Below are positions 39,933-47,929 of a stretch of 64,000 bases of DNA, in pieces. The translations under genes and the position numbers were made by a program. The notes below the pieces were generated by a model, which was not told the DNA's origin, made no database searches, and saw nothing but the letters and a program-made list of their open reading frames with translations. Source of the DNA: a virus; IMG/VR virus record IMGVR_UViG_3300036781_000230, positions 15,072-79,071 of that record. The stretch is one strand, 5' to 3'. Every line of letters starts with the position of its first letter. The first letter of the stretch is position 1.

Positions 39933-39998
39933 CCCATCTCTCTTGTTTACTATTTTTACTTTCTTTTTGGACGCTTTTTTTTAAGGCCATAACTGATC

Positions 39999-40475
39999 CT
40001 ACCTTTCACTTTCCTTAGTATAGCGCCCTAAGATGTAATCAGGACGACGTTGAGCATTAGGAGGACATACAGCTATTATCCTCCACCGATCATTCAACAT
40101 ACGTTGAATCTCATCAGTACAACAATCATCTAAATTAGTGATTTCATTGTACGTAAGCAGAGCCATGTCGGGAATGTGTATCTGAATTATTTGTCCCTTA
40201 GCATAATTCTCTATTTCCTCAATCTCACGGTCGTACTTATCTTTAATTTTACAAAGAGCTTGGTGAGGAGAGAAAGCCTCTACCATAACTTTAAAGTTTT
40301 TTCCAGCTATCACAGCCATAACTGTATCTATATCTGCAGTAATGGAACTATCATACCAGTAATTAGGTTTTTCTTTATCTCTGTGTTCAGGAAACAATAA
40401 CTGAATAGCACTCCACTGCTCATCATTCGGGGTATTCGAGTAATTTCCCAGACTTATATTCATCTTCGCAATCAT
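39999..40475 (-). CDS. Conserved phage hypothetical protein
   Basis: DCCTDEIQ...WRIIAVCPP...RRPDYILGR motif. Confidence 0.65.
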   Translation of the reverse strand: MIAKMNISLGNYSNTPNDEQWSAIQLLFPEHRDKEKPNYWYDSSITADIDTVMAVIAGKNFKVMVEAFSPHQALCKIKDKYDREIEEIENYAKGQIIQIHIPDMALLTYNEITNLDDCCTDEIQRMLNDRWRIIAVCPPNAQRRPDYILGRYTKESER

Positions 40476-40479
40476 GTCT

Positions 40480-40713
40480 CTACCTTGGAATAAAGAGTAA
40501 GTGCATCACTACTTGTGCTGCGTACACCCAAGCTTTTTCTTCACTAAATGCTGTTGGACCAATAGGTTTGCTTCCTGCTTTAACTGTGTATTCTTTTCTA
40601 GAGGGGGCGCCTACGACGTTGATTATTTCCTCTAGGCAAACTGCTCCTTCATGAACATTTTGTACTATGTCCATAAGCGTCTCTTGCTTGAGTTTAGTGA
40701 TGTCGAGGTTCAT
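40480..40713 (-). CDS. Hypothetical early protein
   Basis: AAAGGA RBS; colinear. Confidence 0.55.
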   Translation of the reverse strand: MNLDITKLKQETLMDIVQNVHEGAVCLEEIINVVGAPSRKEYTVKAGSKPIGPTAFSEEKAWVYAAQVVMHLLFIPR

Positions 40714-40858
40714 TTCGTCTTTCCTTTCGGTACATACTTATAACTAAGAACTCTTTCACACGCAGCACACCACCAGTTTATTCGACTCGCAAGACAAAGG
40801 CCTTGAGAATTACAATGAATGCAAAATGCGACCCGCATTCCAGATGGTGTGGCCATAA

Positions 40859-41020
40859 CTAATACTCCCATTCTGGGGAAAGTCCCCTTTTACACCGAGA
40901 GCATACAAGATCAGATTCTTTAAGTTCAATGTCAGCCCATATAACCATAGGTCTTCCACACTCTTTGCAGTGTATCTGATCTATTGGTCGATCTTCATCA
41001 TTCTCGATAATACGAGCCAT
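40859..41020 (-). CDS. Small Zn-ribbon protein
   Basis: CKECG...CSRC; ATG 41020 after GAGGAG. Confidence 0.55.
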   Translation of the reverse strand: MARIIENDEDRPIDQIHCKECGRPMVIWADIELKESDLVCSRCKRGLSPEWEY

Positions 41021-41022
41021 AG

Positions 41023-41235
41023 TTAAGCTCTCCTCTTCACGAGTAAAGTAGGAACACCGTGATACTTTAAGACTGATCTCCAACTGTCGATACATCGAAC
41101 TTTATCGTGTTTACCGTACACTACTATAGGAACCCAAACTCTATAATTACGGTTCCAGTAAAAGCTGTCTAGAGACACTAGAATCGTGTTTCCAGTTTCA
41201 TTCTGAGTGTCGGAAGTAATAAGTTCTATTTTCAT
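41023..41235 (-). CDS. Hypothetical early protein
   Basis: Colinear ORF. Confidence 0.55.
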   Translation of the reverse strand: MKIELITSDTQNETGNTILVSLDSFYWNRNYRVWVPIVVYGKHDKVRCIDSWRSVLKYHGVPTLLVKRRA

Positions 41236-41243
41236 GATTTATC

Positions 41244-41540
41244 CTAGTGCTTGAATGAAATTCGATAAGGTGGTTTCTTTCCACTCTTTATTGCTTCGAG
41301 ATTTAACTCTACTTCAATCAGTGTAATGAGATTTGCAAGACACTGTAGAGCATTACTGTAGTTTTTACCGAAGTAACCTCCTTCGATTAGAGGAGTTTCT
41401 TTATTAGAACCAGAAACCTGATGAAACAGATGGTATTCTGCTCTCACTAGAATCTCACGACCAGCGTCTAAATGCCGACCTGGATTAGTTTTCTGTTCTA
41501 AATCTTTGGTTGTTTCAACTAATTTACTGAAAGCATCCAT
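41244..41540 (-). CDS. Hypothetical early protein
   Basis: First gene after leftward promoter. Confidence 0.6.
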   Translation of the reverse strand: MDAFSKLVETTKDLEQKTNPGRHLDAGREILVRAEYHLFHQVSGSNKETPLIEGGYFGKNYSNALQCLANLITLIEVELNLEAIKSGKKPPYRISFKH

Positions 41541-41561
41541 TTGTATTATCCTAGTATTACT

Positions 41562-41730
41562 TGTATCTATATTATACTATGTAAAATGAGTTGTACATAA
41601 CAGTTTATAACTTTATTTCTTACGCGTACGCGCGCGCCTATATAATATTGATAAGAATAATACAGAAACAAAAATGCAAACACCGTCATTTTATTGTGTA
41701 CAACTTGATTTACAAGGTATATACTATATT
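41562..41730. promoter_or_regulatory. Divergent pair of early promoters
   Basis: TGTACA-N17-TAATAT on - strand and TGTACA-N17-TATACT on + strand. Confidence 0.7.
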
Positions 41731-41752
41731 TAGATTAATTCTGGAGATGAAC

Positions 41753-41947
41753 ATGAAGACTTTTCGAATTACTATTAAGCCCGTGGAATCTCAACCTACT
41801 ATGACTATTTCTTTCTACATCAATGGTGAAGATGAAGATGAGGTCCTCATGGGACTCAATCAGAATTTTCATGAATTTCATTGTGTAGTCAATGAAGTCA
41901 TTATTCAGAATAGTTTTTCTCAAGCTCGTAAGAATTCTGGACTGTAG
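41753..41947 (+). CDS. Hypothetical early protein
   Basis: GGAG RBS before ATG 41753; track start overlaps promoter. Confidence 0.55.
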   Translation: MKTFRITIKPVESQPTMTISFYINGEDEDEVLMGLNQNFHEFHCVVNEVIIQNSFSQARKNSGL

Positions 41948-41972
41948 TAAAATAAAATAAGGAGAAATAAAC

Positions 41973-42170
41973 ATGGAAATGATCGTGCTTGTTGAGGGTC
42001 TTCAGGATTCAGGTTTTCTAGCCACTGTTAAGTTTGGTAGAAATTCAGCCTTTCACACTGGTTTCACCTCGAAAGAACAAGCAGAGAACTGGTCAAACAT
42101 CGTTTCTAAGAAAATCGAGAAACAACATAAGGAGTTGATGAAGCATGAATACCAAGCTCTACAGAGTTAA
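41973..42170 (+). CDS. Hypothetical early protein
   Basis: AAGGAG RBS. Confidence 0.6.
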   Translation: MEMIVLVEGLQDSGFLATVKFGRNSAFHTGFTSKEQAENWSNIVSKKIEKQHKELMKHEYQALQS

Positions 42171-42363
42171 CATCTTCGAAATGTCAGATGGAGAAAGAGA
42201 GAATGTTTTCTCTGAGATTATTGAAACTAACAATGTCGCTTCGGTGGAGTTTTCTCTTGTGATGCTCACTAAAGGTACGTGTCTTGAGTGGGAGCTTAAG
42301 CCACTCGAAGCGACGATTACTCTTGAATCTCTCACCAGTAGAATTCAAGGTCTCCTAGGATAG
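42145..42363 (+). CDS. Hypothetical early protein
   Basis: AAGGAG upstream; colinear. Confidence 0.55.
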   Translation: MNTKLYRVNIFEMSDGERENVFSEIIETNNVASVEFSLVMLTKGTCLEWELKPLEATITLESLTSRIQGLLG

Positions 42364-42499
42364 TCATGTCTCGATTCGCGTGGATGTCTAAACAAAACGT
42401 AGTAGCTACCTGTAAGAAGTGCGGTGCTCTTCAAAAGGGTGCCGCAGGTTGTTCTCACGTGTCATGCGGTGGAATCTTTGTTATAAAGAAGGTAAATAA

Positions 42500-42694
42500 A
42501 TGACAACATTTGAAGCTCTTACGCTTCCTTTAACGGTAAAGTGTCCTCGTTGTACCCGTAGAAATGTCATCAAAGATGAGGTTTGCTTCGTATGCAGAGG
42601 TACTGGACAAACTATGCGCCTCAAAACTGAAATGGCTGAGATTATCGTAACTCTTCGCGCTGAATTAGAGAAAAGAGTGTGGAAACAAAAATGA
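42500..42694 (+). CDS. DnaJ-type zinc-finger small protein
   Basis: CPRC...CFVCRGTG; paralogue of 49564-49764. Confidence 0.6.
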   Translation: MTTFEALTLPLTVKCPRCTRRNVIKDEVCFVCRGTGQTMRLKTEMAEIIVTLRAELEKRVWKQK

Positions 42695-42701
42695 TTTCTC
42701 T

Positions 42702-42745
42702 GTCATTATTTTATGTACAACTCGTTATACACATGATAATATTGA
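42702..42745 (+). promoter_or_regulatory. Early promoter (conserved family)
   Basis: TCATTATTTTATGTACAACT-...-TAATAT. Confidence 0.65.
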
Positions 42746-42787
42746 ATCAGATTGATAGAGTAATTCTGATATAAAGGAAACTAACTA

Positions 42788-42952
42788 ATGAAGATTGACA
42801 TCAAGCAGCTTTTAACCTCCTCAACGCTTGGTAGCATTATTCTACTTCATGCTGCTGATTATCTCTTCAGACAGAATGAAGAAGATAAAGTAAATCTAGA
42901 AGCAGTTGGTGTTCTCGATATGCTCAGGAAAGAAATTGTAATCTTTTGCTAG
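42788..42952 (+). CDS. Small hypothetical protein (not in ORF track)
   Basis: AAAGGA RBS, ATG 42788, TAG 42950-42952. Confidence 0.5.
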   Translation: MKIDIKQLLTSSTLGSIILLHAADYLFRQNEEDKVNLEAVGVLDMLRKEIVIFC

Positions 42953-42962
42953 GAGATTCACT

Positions 42963-43148
42963 ATGTATGATTTGTTTGTAGTACCTGTTATCTGCATTGG
43001 GATAGTAGTTTGGTTAGCTCTTAATGAGAATACTTGGTTTGCTTCGAGTGATATACCAATGCTTGAGCAAATTGAAAATGCTCGTTGTCAAGCCGCAGAA
43101 GAACGTAAACTGTTGGAAAATCCAGTAGTCTATACTTTGGAGTACTAA
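42963..43148 (+). CDS. Small membrane protein
   Basis: AGGAG RBS; N-terminal TM segment. Confidence 0.55.
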   Translation: MYDLFVVPVICIGIVVWLALNENTWFASSDIPMLEQIENARCQAAEERKLLENPVVYTLEY

Positions 43149-43680
43149 ACTCATCTTGTATGATGAGTGATGCTCATAGGAAAGCATGGGGAACCATGAA
43201 ACCTTTTGCAATGGGGTGGTTCGTTTTCTTCATGGGAAAAAAACGGAGTAAACTCATCCTATGAGTAGCACTGGTTGTACAAGCAACCAGCAAGGGAGGT
43301 AATAGTGATCTTTAGTAGGCCACTGATAGTCACGTTTATCGTTCTTGCATTTGTAATTGGAGACACAGACCACGACATCGCGCGGTCGGGGAAGCCTTCC
43401 CATAGTGTCTCATCAAATGCAGATCGACATATTTCGCCCGGCTTGGCGGGCGCTATAAATTCCAAGGGATGACATATAGATAGTAAAATTAGATAGCAGT
43501 TTGATACCCTGCTTAAGCGCCGGATAAATATCAAGCACTAAAGAGTCTTGACGCGTAAGTGGGGTATTTCGTAAGTTGTATGATGAGTGATGCTCTTGAA
43601 TCTAACCAAGGCTCGGGACTGACGTACCCAATACGTTCGCGGAAAGCCCCGTTAGATAGAGAGCATCACTGGTTGTATAA
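43149..43680 (+). ncRNA. Cassette of structured non-coding RNA elements
   Basis: 20-nt exact repeat at 43156-43175 and 43576-43595, each pairing with a downstream GAG(C/T)A(T/G)CACT; nested stems; no convincing ORF. Confidence 0.6.
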
Positions 43681-43695
43681 TTGAAAGGAGCACGA

Positions 43696-43962
43696 ATGGC
43701 AAAGTGCGTAGTATGTACATCTCTCAATGCGGAGATTGAACACAACCTCAGGAGCAAATCTCTTGACAAGAAGAATGCCGATGGTTCAACATCCAAAGGT
43801 TTTCATCACCCAACTGGAGCAGTCTTGAAAGCTCTCAAGCGTCGTCGAGCTTTTTATTCTCCTCGTACGAGCCCCCACAAGTTCTGCATACATCATGCCC
43901 CAAAGGGTGAACCTAATTTCGAAGGCGGTACTGGCCGTGCCACCTGGGCAGGAGCCAAGTAA
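43696..43962 (+). CDS. Basic Cys/His-containing early protein
   Basis: AAAGGAG RBS, ATG 43696; CVVC...FCIHH. Confidence 0.6.
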   Translation: MAKCVVCTSLNAEIEHNLRSKSLDKKNADGSTSKGFHHPTGAVLKALKRRRAFYSPRTSPHKFCIHHAPKGEPNFEGGTGRATWAGAK

Positions 43963-44128
43963 TGGCGAGAATCTTTCTTAATAAGAACAACTGGAAATAT
44001 CACGCGAAAGAATTACTAGGTGCTTTGATGATGGCTGCTCTATTTCTTTGCTTGGCTCTTACTCCATTGCTGAGTAAATAAAAGAGTGTAAAATATCGTC
44101 ATTCATCATATTTAAAGTTGACTCCTAG

Positions 44129-44153
44129 TGACCCTGGCATTATGCCAGGGTCA
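44129..44153. terminator. Palindrome between convergent transcription units (overlaps dispersed element copy F)
   Basis: TGACCCTGGCAT-T-ATGCCAGGGTCA. Confidence 0.6.
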
Positions 44154-44179
44154 TTTAGTTTATGAGGATGATATAACAC

Positions 44180-44422
44180 TCATCCTTTATTTTGCATACC
44201 GCCAGGGTCAACCGATATACAGTTTCTATTATTATCGAAGCTTAAAGTGTTGATGTGCGTCAATTCAATTGAGTCGAATATTGCTTGATTGTGCATATCC
44301 TCAAACATAATCTTAGGAAACACCTCGATACACTTCACTTCTCCTGTCTTGAGTATTTCTGCTACTATGTAATATTTCCCATTAGTGTGTTTAACTATTT
44401 TGTTGATGTCTTGTGAGGTCAC
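44180..44422 (-). CDS. Hypothetical early protein
   Basis: Translationally coupled ORF. Confidence 0.5.
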   Translation of the reverse strand: MTSQDINKIVKHTNGKYYIVAEILKTGEVKCIEVFPKIMFEDMHNQAIFDSIELTHINTLSFDNNRNCISVDPGGMQNKG

Positions 44423-44613
44423 TGTTTCTTTACCTTCTCTCCTTCACTGTCTCTAACTGATTTAGCCCTCTCAGTGTGGGTGCCAGTGAGAGCAGTACCA
44501 TCAGTACGACGGCACTTAGAACCAATAGCAGCAAAACAACGAGGACATCTCTTAGTAAGATGAACCTCTCGAAAGCTTACTCGAGTAGTATTACTTCTGA
44601 GTGTGATTTCCAC
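44419..44613 (-). CDS. Small zinc-finger protein
   Basis: CPRC.A..G..C...H.ER motif. Confidence 0.6.
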   Translation of the reverse strand: MEITLRSNTTRVSFREVHLTKRCPRCFAAIGSKCRRTDGTALTGTHTERAKSVRDSEGEKVKKQ

Positions 44614-44773
44614 TATCTACCTTCTTAGGAAGTTCGATTTCTTTCCAAGTTCCGTTAAACCGCTCATATAGTTCTCCCTCATCGGTAAGAACATATAGAC
44701 TCGGAGTAAGAGCTCCGTGTGTTTGAATAGCAGCAATCTGAATTACTTTAAGCATGCTTCGTGCCCCTTTCAT
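44591..44773 (-). CDS. Hypothetical early protein
   Basis: Colinear ORF. Confidence 0.5.
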   Translation of the reverse strand: MKGARSMLKVIQIAAIQTHGALTPSLYVLTDEGELYERFNGTWKEIELPKKVDSGNHTQK

Positions 44774-45099
44774 TTCTTTGTAGTGCAGACGTACATGAAA
44801 CCTTGGTGATCCTGAATTTCAAAAGCTTTACAGTCTAGTTGATCTTGAGGATCAGTAACTTCTACAGTTCTCATACTATTGGAAAAAATAGCTGTCCATC
44901 CAGAGTAATTTAAAATGCTCGAATTAGCAATGAAAGCATCGAAACACTCCTTTGTTGTAGTTACTTTACCGTTCTTATCTAATGAAGAGGTTTTTCCTTC
45001 ATATGTACAAGGTTGAACAGGCGGTGGCATTGACTTTGCTTTGACTTGAAATAATAGTCCTAGCACTAATAAGTTTATCATTCTCCTACCTCTTTCCAT
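44770..45099 (-). CDS. Putative secreted Cys-containing protein
   Basis: MINLLVLGLLFQVKA leader; four Cys. Confidence 0.5.
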   Translation of the reverse strand: MERGRRMINLLVLGLLFQVKAKSMPPPVQPCTYEGKTSSLDKNGKVTTTKECFDAFIANSSILNYSGWTAIFSNSMRTVEVTDPQDQLDCKAFEIQDHQGFMYVCTTKK

Positions 45100-45392
45100 C
45101 CGTAAACGTGTTTGATTGTAGTTCCAATACTCATGATGAAACAGAACTGTTCGAATTCTGTATCTTTTTTCAATTCACAAAAACAGATGAATTTCTCTAA
45201 CTTACCAGTTTTTCTATCTATGGAGTCTACAAGATAAGCTATAGATACACTACAAGGTACATCAGTAGTTTTCCATGTAGATATTGGAAGTTTGAGAAGT
45301 TGTTCAGCTTTTAAATTAGCGTCTCTAACCTCATCTTCACTGGCTTTTATCTTATTAGTATGACTCTCTTTAAACCACTCTTCGGTTATCAT
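45078..45392 (-). CDS. Hypothetical early protein
   Basis: Coupled ORF. Confidence 0.55.
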   Translation of the reverse strand: MITEEWFKESHTNKIKASEDEVRDANLKAEQLLKLPISTWKTTDVPCSVSIAYLVDSIDRKTGKLEKFICFCELKKDTEFEQFCFIMSIGTTIKHVYGWKEVGE

Positions 45393-45658
45393 GAAATCTT
45401 CTCTTCATCAATTTCTAAGTACATATTGACTATTCTTCTATTACTATAAATATCGAACCACAATTTAGAAGAATTAGGTGTGTGTGGAGTTCTTAGGAGA
45501 ATTTCTGGAAAGATTCTTAAATGAGATTTAAGTGGGTCATGCTTTACGAGTTGATTTAAAGTTATTACAATTTCACTACCATCCCACTTAGGTACAGTTT
45601 CTAATCGAGTCATTACGCACTGTATTTTAACTCTAGCATTACTCACAGTTTGCTCCAA
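45389..45658 (-). CDS. Hypothetical early protein
   Basis: Coupled ORF. Confidence 0.5.
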   Translation of the reverse strand: MEQTVSNARVKIQCVMTRLETVPKWDGSEIVITLNQLVKHDPLKSHLRIFPEILLRTPHTPNSSKLWFDIYSNRRIVNMYLEIDEEKIS

Positions 45659-45796
45659 TATTTACAGGCTAATATCAATAGCGAAGAAGGGTTCATCTCA
45701 ATCTGATGAGTCACTTTAAGTTTAACTAGAAAATCGAACATATTGATAATTGTGTTGCGGTTTGTTCGTCCCATGATCCAGAGTCCCAGAGTAGCT

Positions 45797-46216
45797 CTAA
45801 ACATACACCACTCCAAAGGTAGGAAGATCAAACTCATATTTCCAGTTGTCTGAGTCTTCATCACATGTCATTACAAAATTAAGACGCTTGCTCTTGCCGT
45901 AAATATCATGAAGTTGTTCTTCGCAGTGTCTGATAAGATTACGAAGCTTCGCTACTGGTACTCCTTTCGGTACCCTCACCATCGCTATACGAGGAAGATT
46001 TTCTGGCTCTTGCTCACCAAAATCAACTTTGTCTTCGGCACCTTCACCTGGTATAACAAAGAGTAGCTGCAGCTTAATTTTCTTCTTAGTTAACTGAGTA
46101 GGGTGAATCCCCTCAAAATCTCGATCGACGTATCCTGTTGAAATTGACTCAGTGCGTAGAGGAAATGAGCTAGTGATGTGACTCATATTCTCGATTACGA
46201 TGTTGCTACCCAACAT
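45797..46216 (-). CDS. Hypothetical early protein
   Basis: GGAG RBS; colinear. Confidence 0.55.
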   Translation of the reverse strand: MLGSNIVIENMSHITSSFPLRTESISTGYVDRDFEGIHPTQLTKKKIKLQLLFVIPGEGAEDKVDFGEQEPENLPRIAMVRVPKGVPVAKLRNLIRHCEEQLHDIYGKSKRLNFVMTCDEDSDNWKYEFDLPTFGVVYV

Positions 46217-46430
46217 TTGGTTCTCCCTTTGATTTACTTACAAATAAGTAAGTCCGTTCATCTAACTTTAAACTATACAAATGAAGACCATTCTCAACTT
46301 CATCTTTAATTATCGTAGCGCCAGAAGCTAAGAGCAATCTTTTGAACTGCTCCGCTCTCCATGATTTACCGTATCTTTCTCCTCTAGCAATAGGCGTGAA
46401 CCGTCTCCTGTCAACACCATCCCACGTCAT
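46206..46430 (-). CDS. Small protein with terminase Walker-A-like peptide
   Basis: IARGERYGKS; coupled to 46427-46738. Confidence 0.45.
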   Translation of the reverse strand: MTWDGVDRRRFTPIARGERYGKSWRAEQFKRLLLASGATIIKDEVENGLHLYSLKLDERTYLFVSKSKGEPNVG

Positions 46431-46738
46431 TGTAACTTTAACTTAGACTGAATAAATCTTCGAACATTGTGATTGACGTTTTGTAAACCTATTGCTCTAT
46501 CGAATCTCTGTCCTTGTAATTTTTCGAGTGATTCGTCTCCATTGTGTGCCCACACGATAAATGTGTTACCGCTAAAGTCTGTTAATTTTGACTGACTATG
46601 GTTATAACTATACTTATGTTGATCGAAAGTCTCAAAGTGCTCATTTAACCACTCACGCTTAAACATCTCAGCTTGAAAACAAACTACACATAATAGTTTT
46701 TTCTCTTTAAATGTTATTTCGAGGATATCTTTGAGCAT
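46427..46738 (-). CDS. Truncated terminase large-subunit ATPase-domain homologue lacking Walker B
   Basis: Colinear similarity to own TerL segment KRVICG...YSYN...LGMTIGIALCDE. Confidence 0.6.
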   Translation of the reverse strand: MLKDILEITFKEKKLLCVVCFQAEMFKREWLNEHFETFDQHKYSYNHSQSKLTDFSGNTFIVWAHNGDESLEKLQGQRFDRAIGLQNVNHNVRRFIQSKLKLQ

Positions 46739-47076
46739 TAGAACTCCTGATGGTGCAGGTTAGACCGAACAGTAATAGTTTTAGAAGCAGAGCTTTCCAT
46801 CATAGTCTTAGAAGATAAATCGTTAGCAAATTGCATGATACCTATCGCTGAGTGTACGTGCCCTAATTCTTCGCATAGATTCATGCGGTTAGAGCGACTA
46901 TTTTCTTTATCTGGATTTTTACTCCCGTACCCATGCCTCAAAATCTTACCGATTGCGTGGATCACCTCGCCACACTCTTCAGAGAGCCAAGCAAGACGCT
47001 CAGCTTCAGCAGCTGATAAACCATTTGTAAAGGGCTTAACTTTCTTCTTACTTTTCTTATCGATTTTCTTCGACAC
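46738..47076 (-). CDS. MazG-like nucleotide pyrophosphohydrolase
   Basis: LSEECGEVIHAIGKILRHG...EELGHV motif. Confidence 0.75.
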   Translation of the reverse strand: MSKKIDKKSKKKVKPFTNGLSAAEAERLAWLSEECGEVIHAIGKILRHGYGSKNPDKENSRSNRMNLCEELGHVHSAIGIMQFANDLSSKTMMESSASKTITVRSNLHHQEF

Positions 47077-47088
47077 TATGATTCTCCT

Positions 47089-47592
47089 TTAAATTGAATC
47101 TGGATTCGGTATTCCACGGCTCACCCGAATCTCTCGAGCCATCTTTTGAATAGTTTTAAGATTTGGTACCAGTAAGCCTGAGTGAATAAGTTGGATAGTT
47201 GAGTCGTCAAGAGGTACGTCGACCTTGGCTTCAATTAGTTCACTGAGTATAGTATTCGAGTTTACACTCGAACACGATTCACTTGCGTGGCCTTGTACAT
47301 GTCTCTTAAAAAACAGATAAAGTTCTTTGGTGTTCTCGACTTCTGGAAACGGCACAAGAACTATCTGATTACAACCAGGACAAGCATATGTCGGTTGTAA
47401 GTAATTTGGTTTACGTGTCTGAGGATTTTCTACTGTTTCGATGTTATGAAGTCCATTAACTCTCAGATTACTGTAATACCAGACTAGTGTGAACACGTCA
47501 TGAAATCCAAGTTCCTGGATCGCGACATGCTCAGGCCATGCGTCGTCTCCCATCGGTTTAAGTGCCATTAGTAGCCTACTTTCAAGTGCCAT
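47089..47592 (-). CDS. Hypothetical protein with Zn-binding motif
   Basis: CPGC...H...H; C-terminus similar to 54581-54748. Confidence 0.55.
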   Translation of the reverse strand: MALESRLLMALKPMGDDAWPEHVAIQELGFHDVFTLVWYYSNLRVNGLHNIETVENPQTRKPNYLQPTYACPGCNQIVLVPFPEVENTKELYLFFKRHVQGHASESCSSVNSNTILSELIEAKVDVPLDDSTIQLIHSGLLVPNLKTIQKMAREIRVSRGIPNPDSI

Positions 47593-47759
47593 GCTGCGTG
47601 AAGTGAAGCACTCAGGACGACGCTAGAGCATACAGGACAGTGAGATACTCGTGAAGATACTCCCATCTCGTCACGTACTCTAAACGTATCCCAAGTATAG
47701 GGATTCCCTAGTCTTTCTTCTATACTCTTGGTTATCTTGACTTCAATACTCATTGCCAC
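47568..47759 (-). CDS. Small C2H2-like zinc protein
   Basis: CPVC...H..WH motif. Confidence 0.5.
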   Translation of the reverse strand: MAMSIEVKITKSIEERLGNPYTWDTFRVRDEMGVSSRVSHCPVCSSVVLSASLHAAWHLKVGY

Positions 47760-47929
47760 CTCAAGCTAATCGAGTATGCTGTCATGATAATACCGCAGTA
47801 TCCCACTCCGAACAGTATTCCCGCTATAAAGGAACTGCCAACGCCTAATTTTTTGTACATAGGACCTAGAGGCCACCCTATAATTAGTAAGAATACAGAT
47901 AATGTAGAAAGACAAAAGATTGAAATCAT
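47750..47929 (-). CDS. Small two-TM membrane protein (not in ORF track)
   Basis: MISIFCLSTLSVFLLIIGWP...FIAGILFGVGYCGII; ATGA coupling. Confidence 0.5.
   Translation of the reverse strand: MISIFCLSTLSVFLLIIGWPLGPMYKKLGVGSSFIAGILFGVGYCGIIMTAYSISLRWQ

Noticed and set aside
43596-43660. Hammerhead ribozyme (CTGA...GAAA)
   Set aside because: Core reads CTGACGT, not CTGANGA, and the stem arrangement does not fit.
43149-43680. CRISPR mini-array
   Set aside because: Only two 20-nt repeats 420 bp apart with structured interiors; no regular repeat-spacer period and no cas genes.
43651-43687. Solitary CRISPR-repeat mimic (37 nt, GTT...ATTGAAAG)
   Set aside because: The 3' end is explained by the AAAGGAG RBS of the next gene and there is no internal hairpin; unsupported without a host repeat match.
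45797-46216. Portal-fragment mimic
   Set aside because: Only a vague pattern resemblance; no alignable motif with the resident portal.
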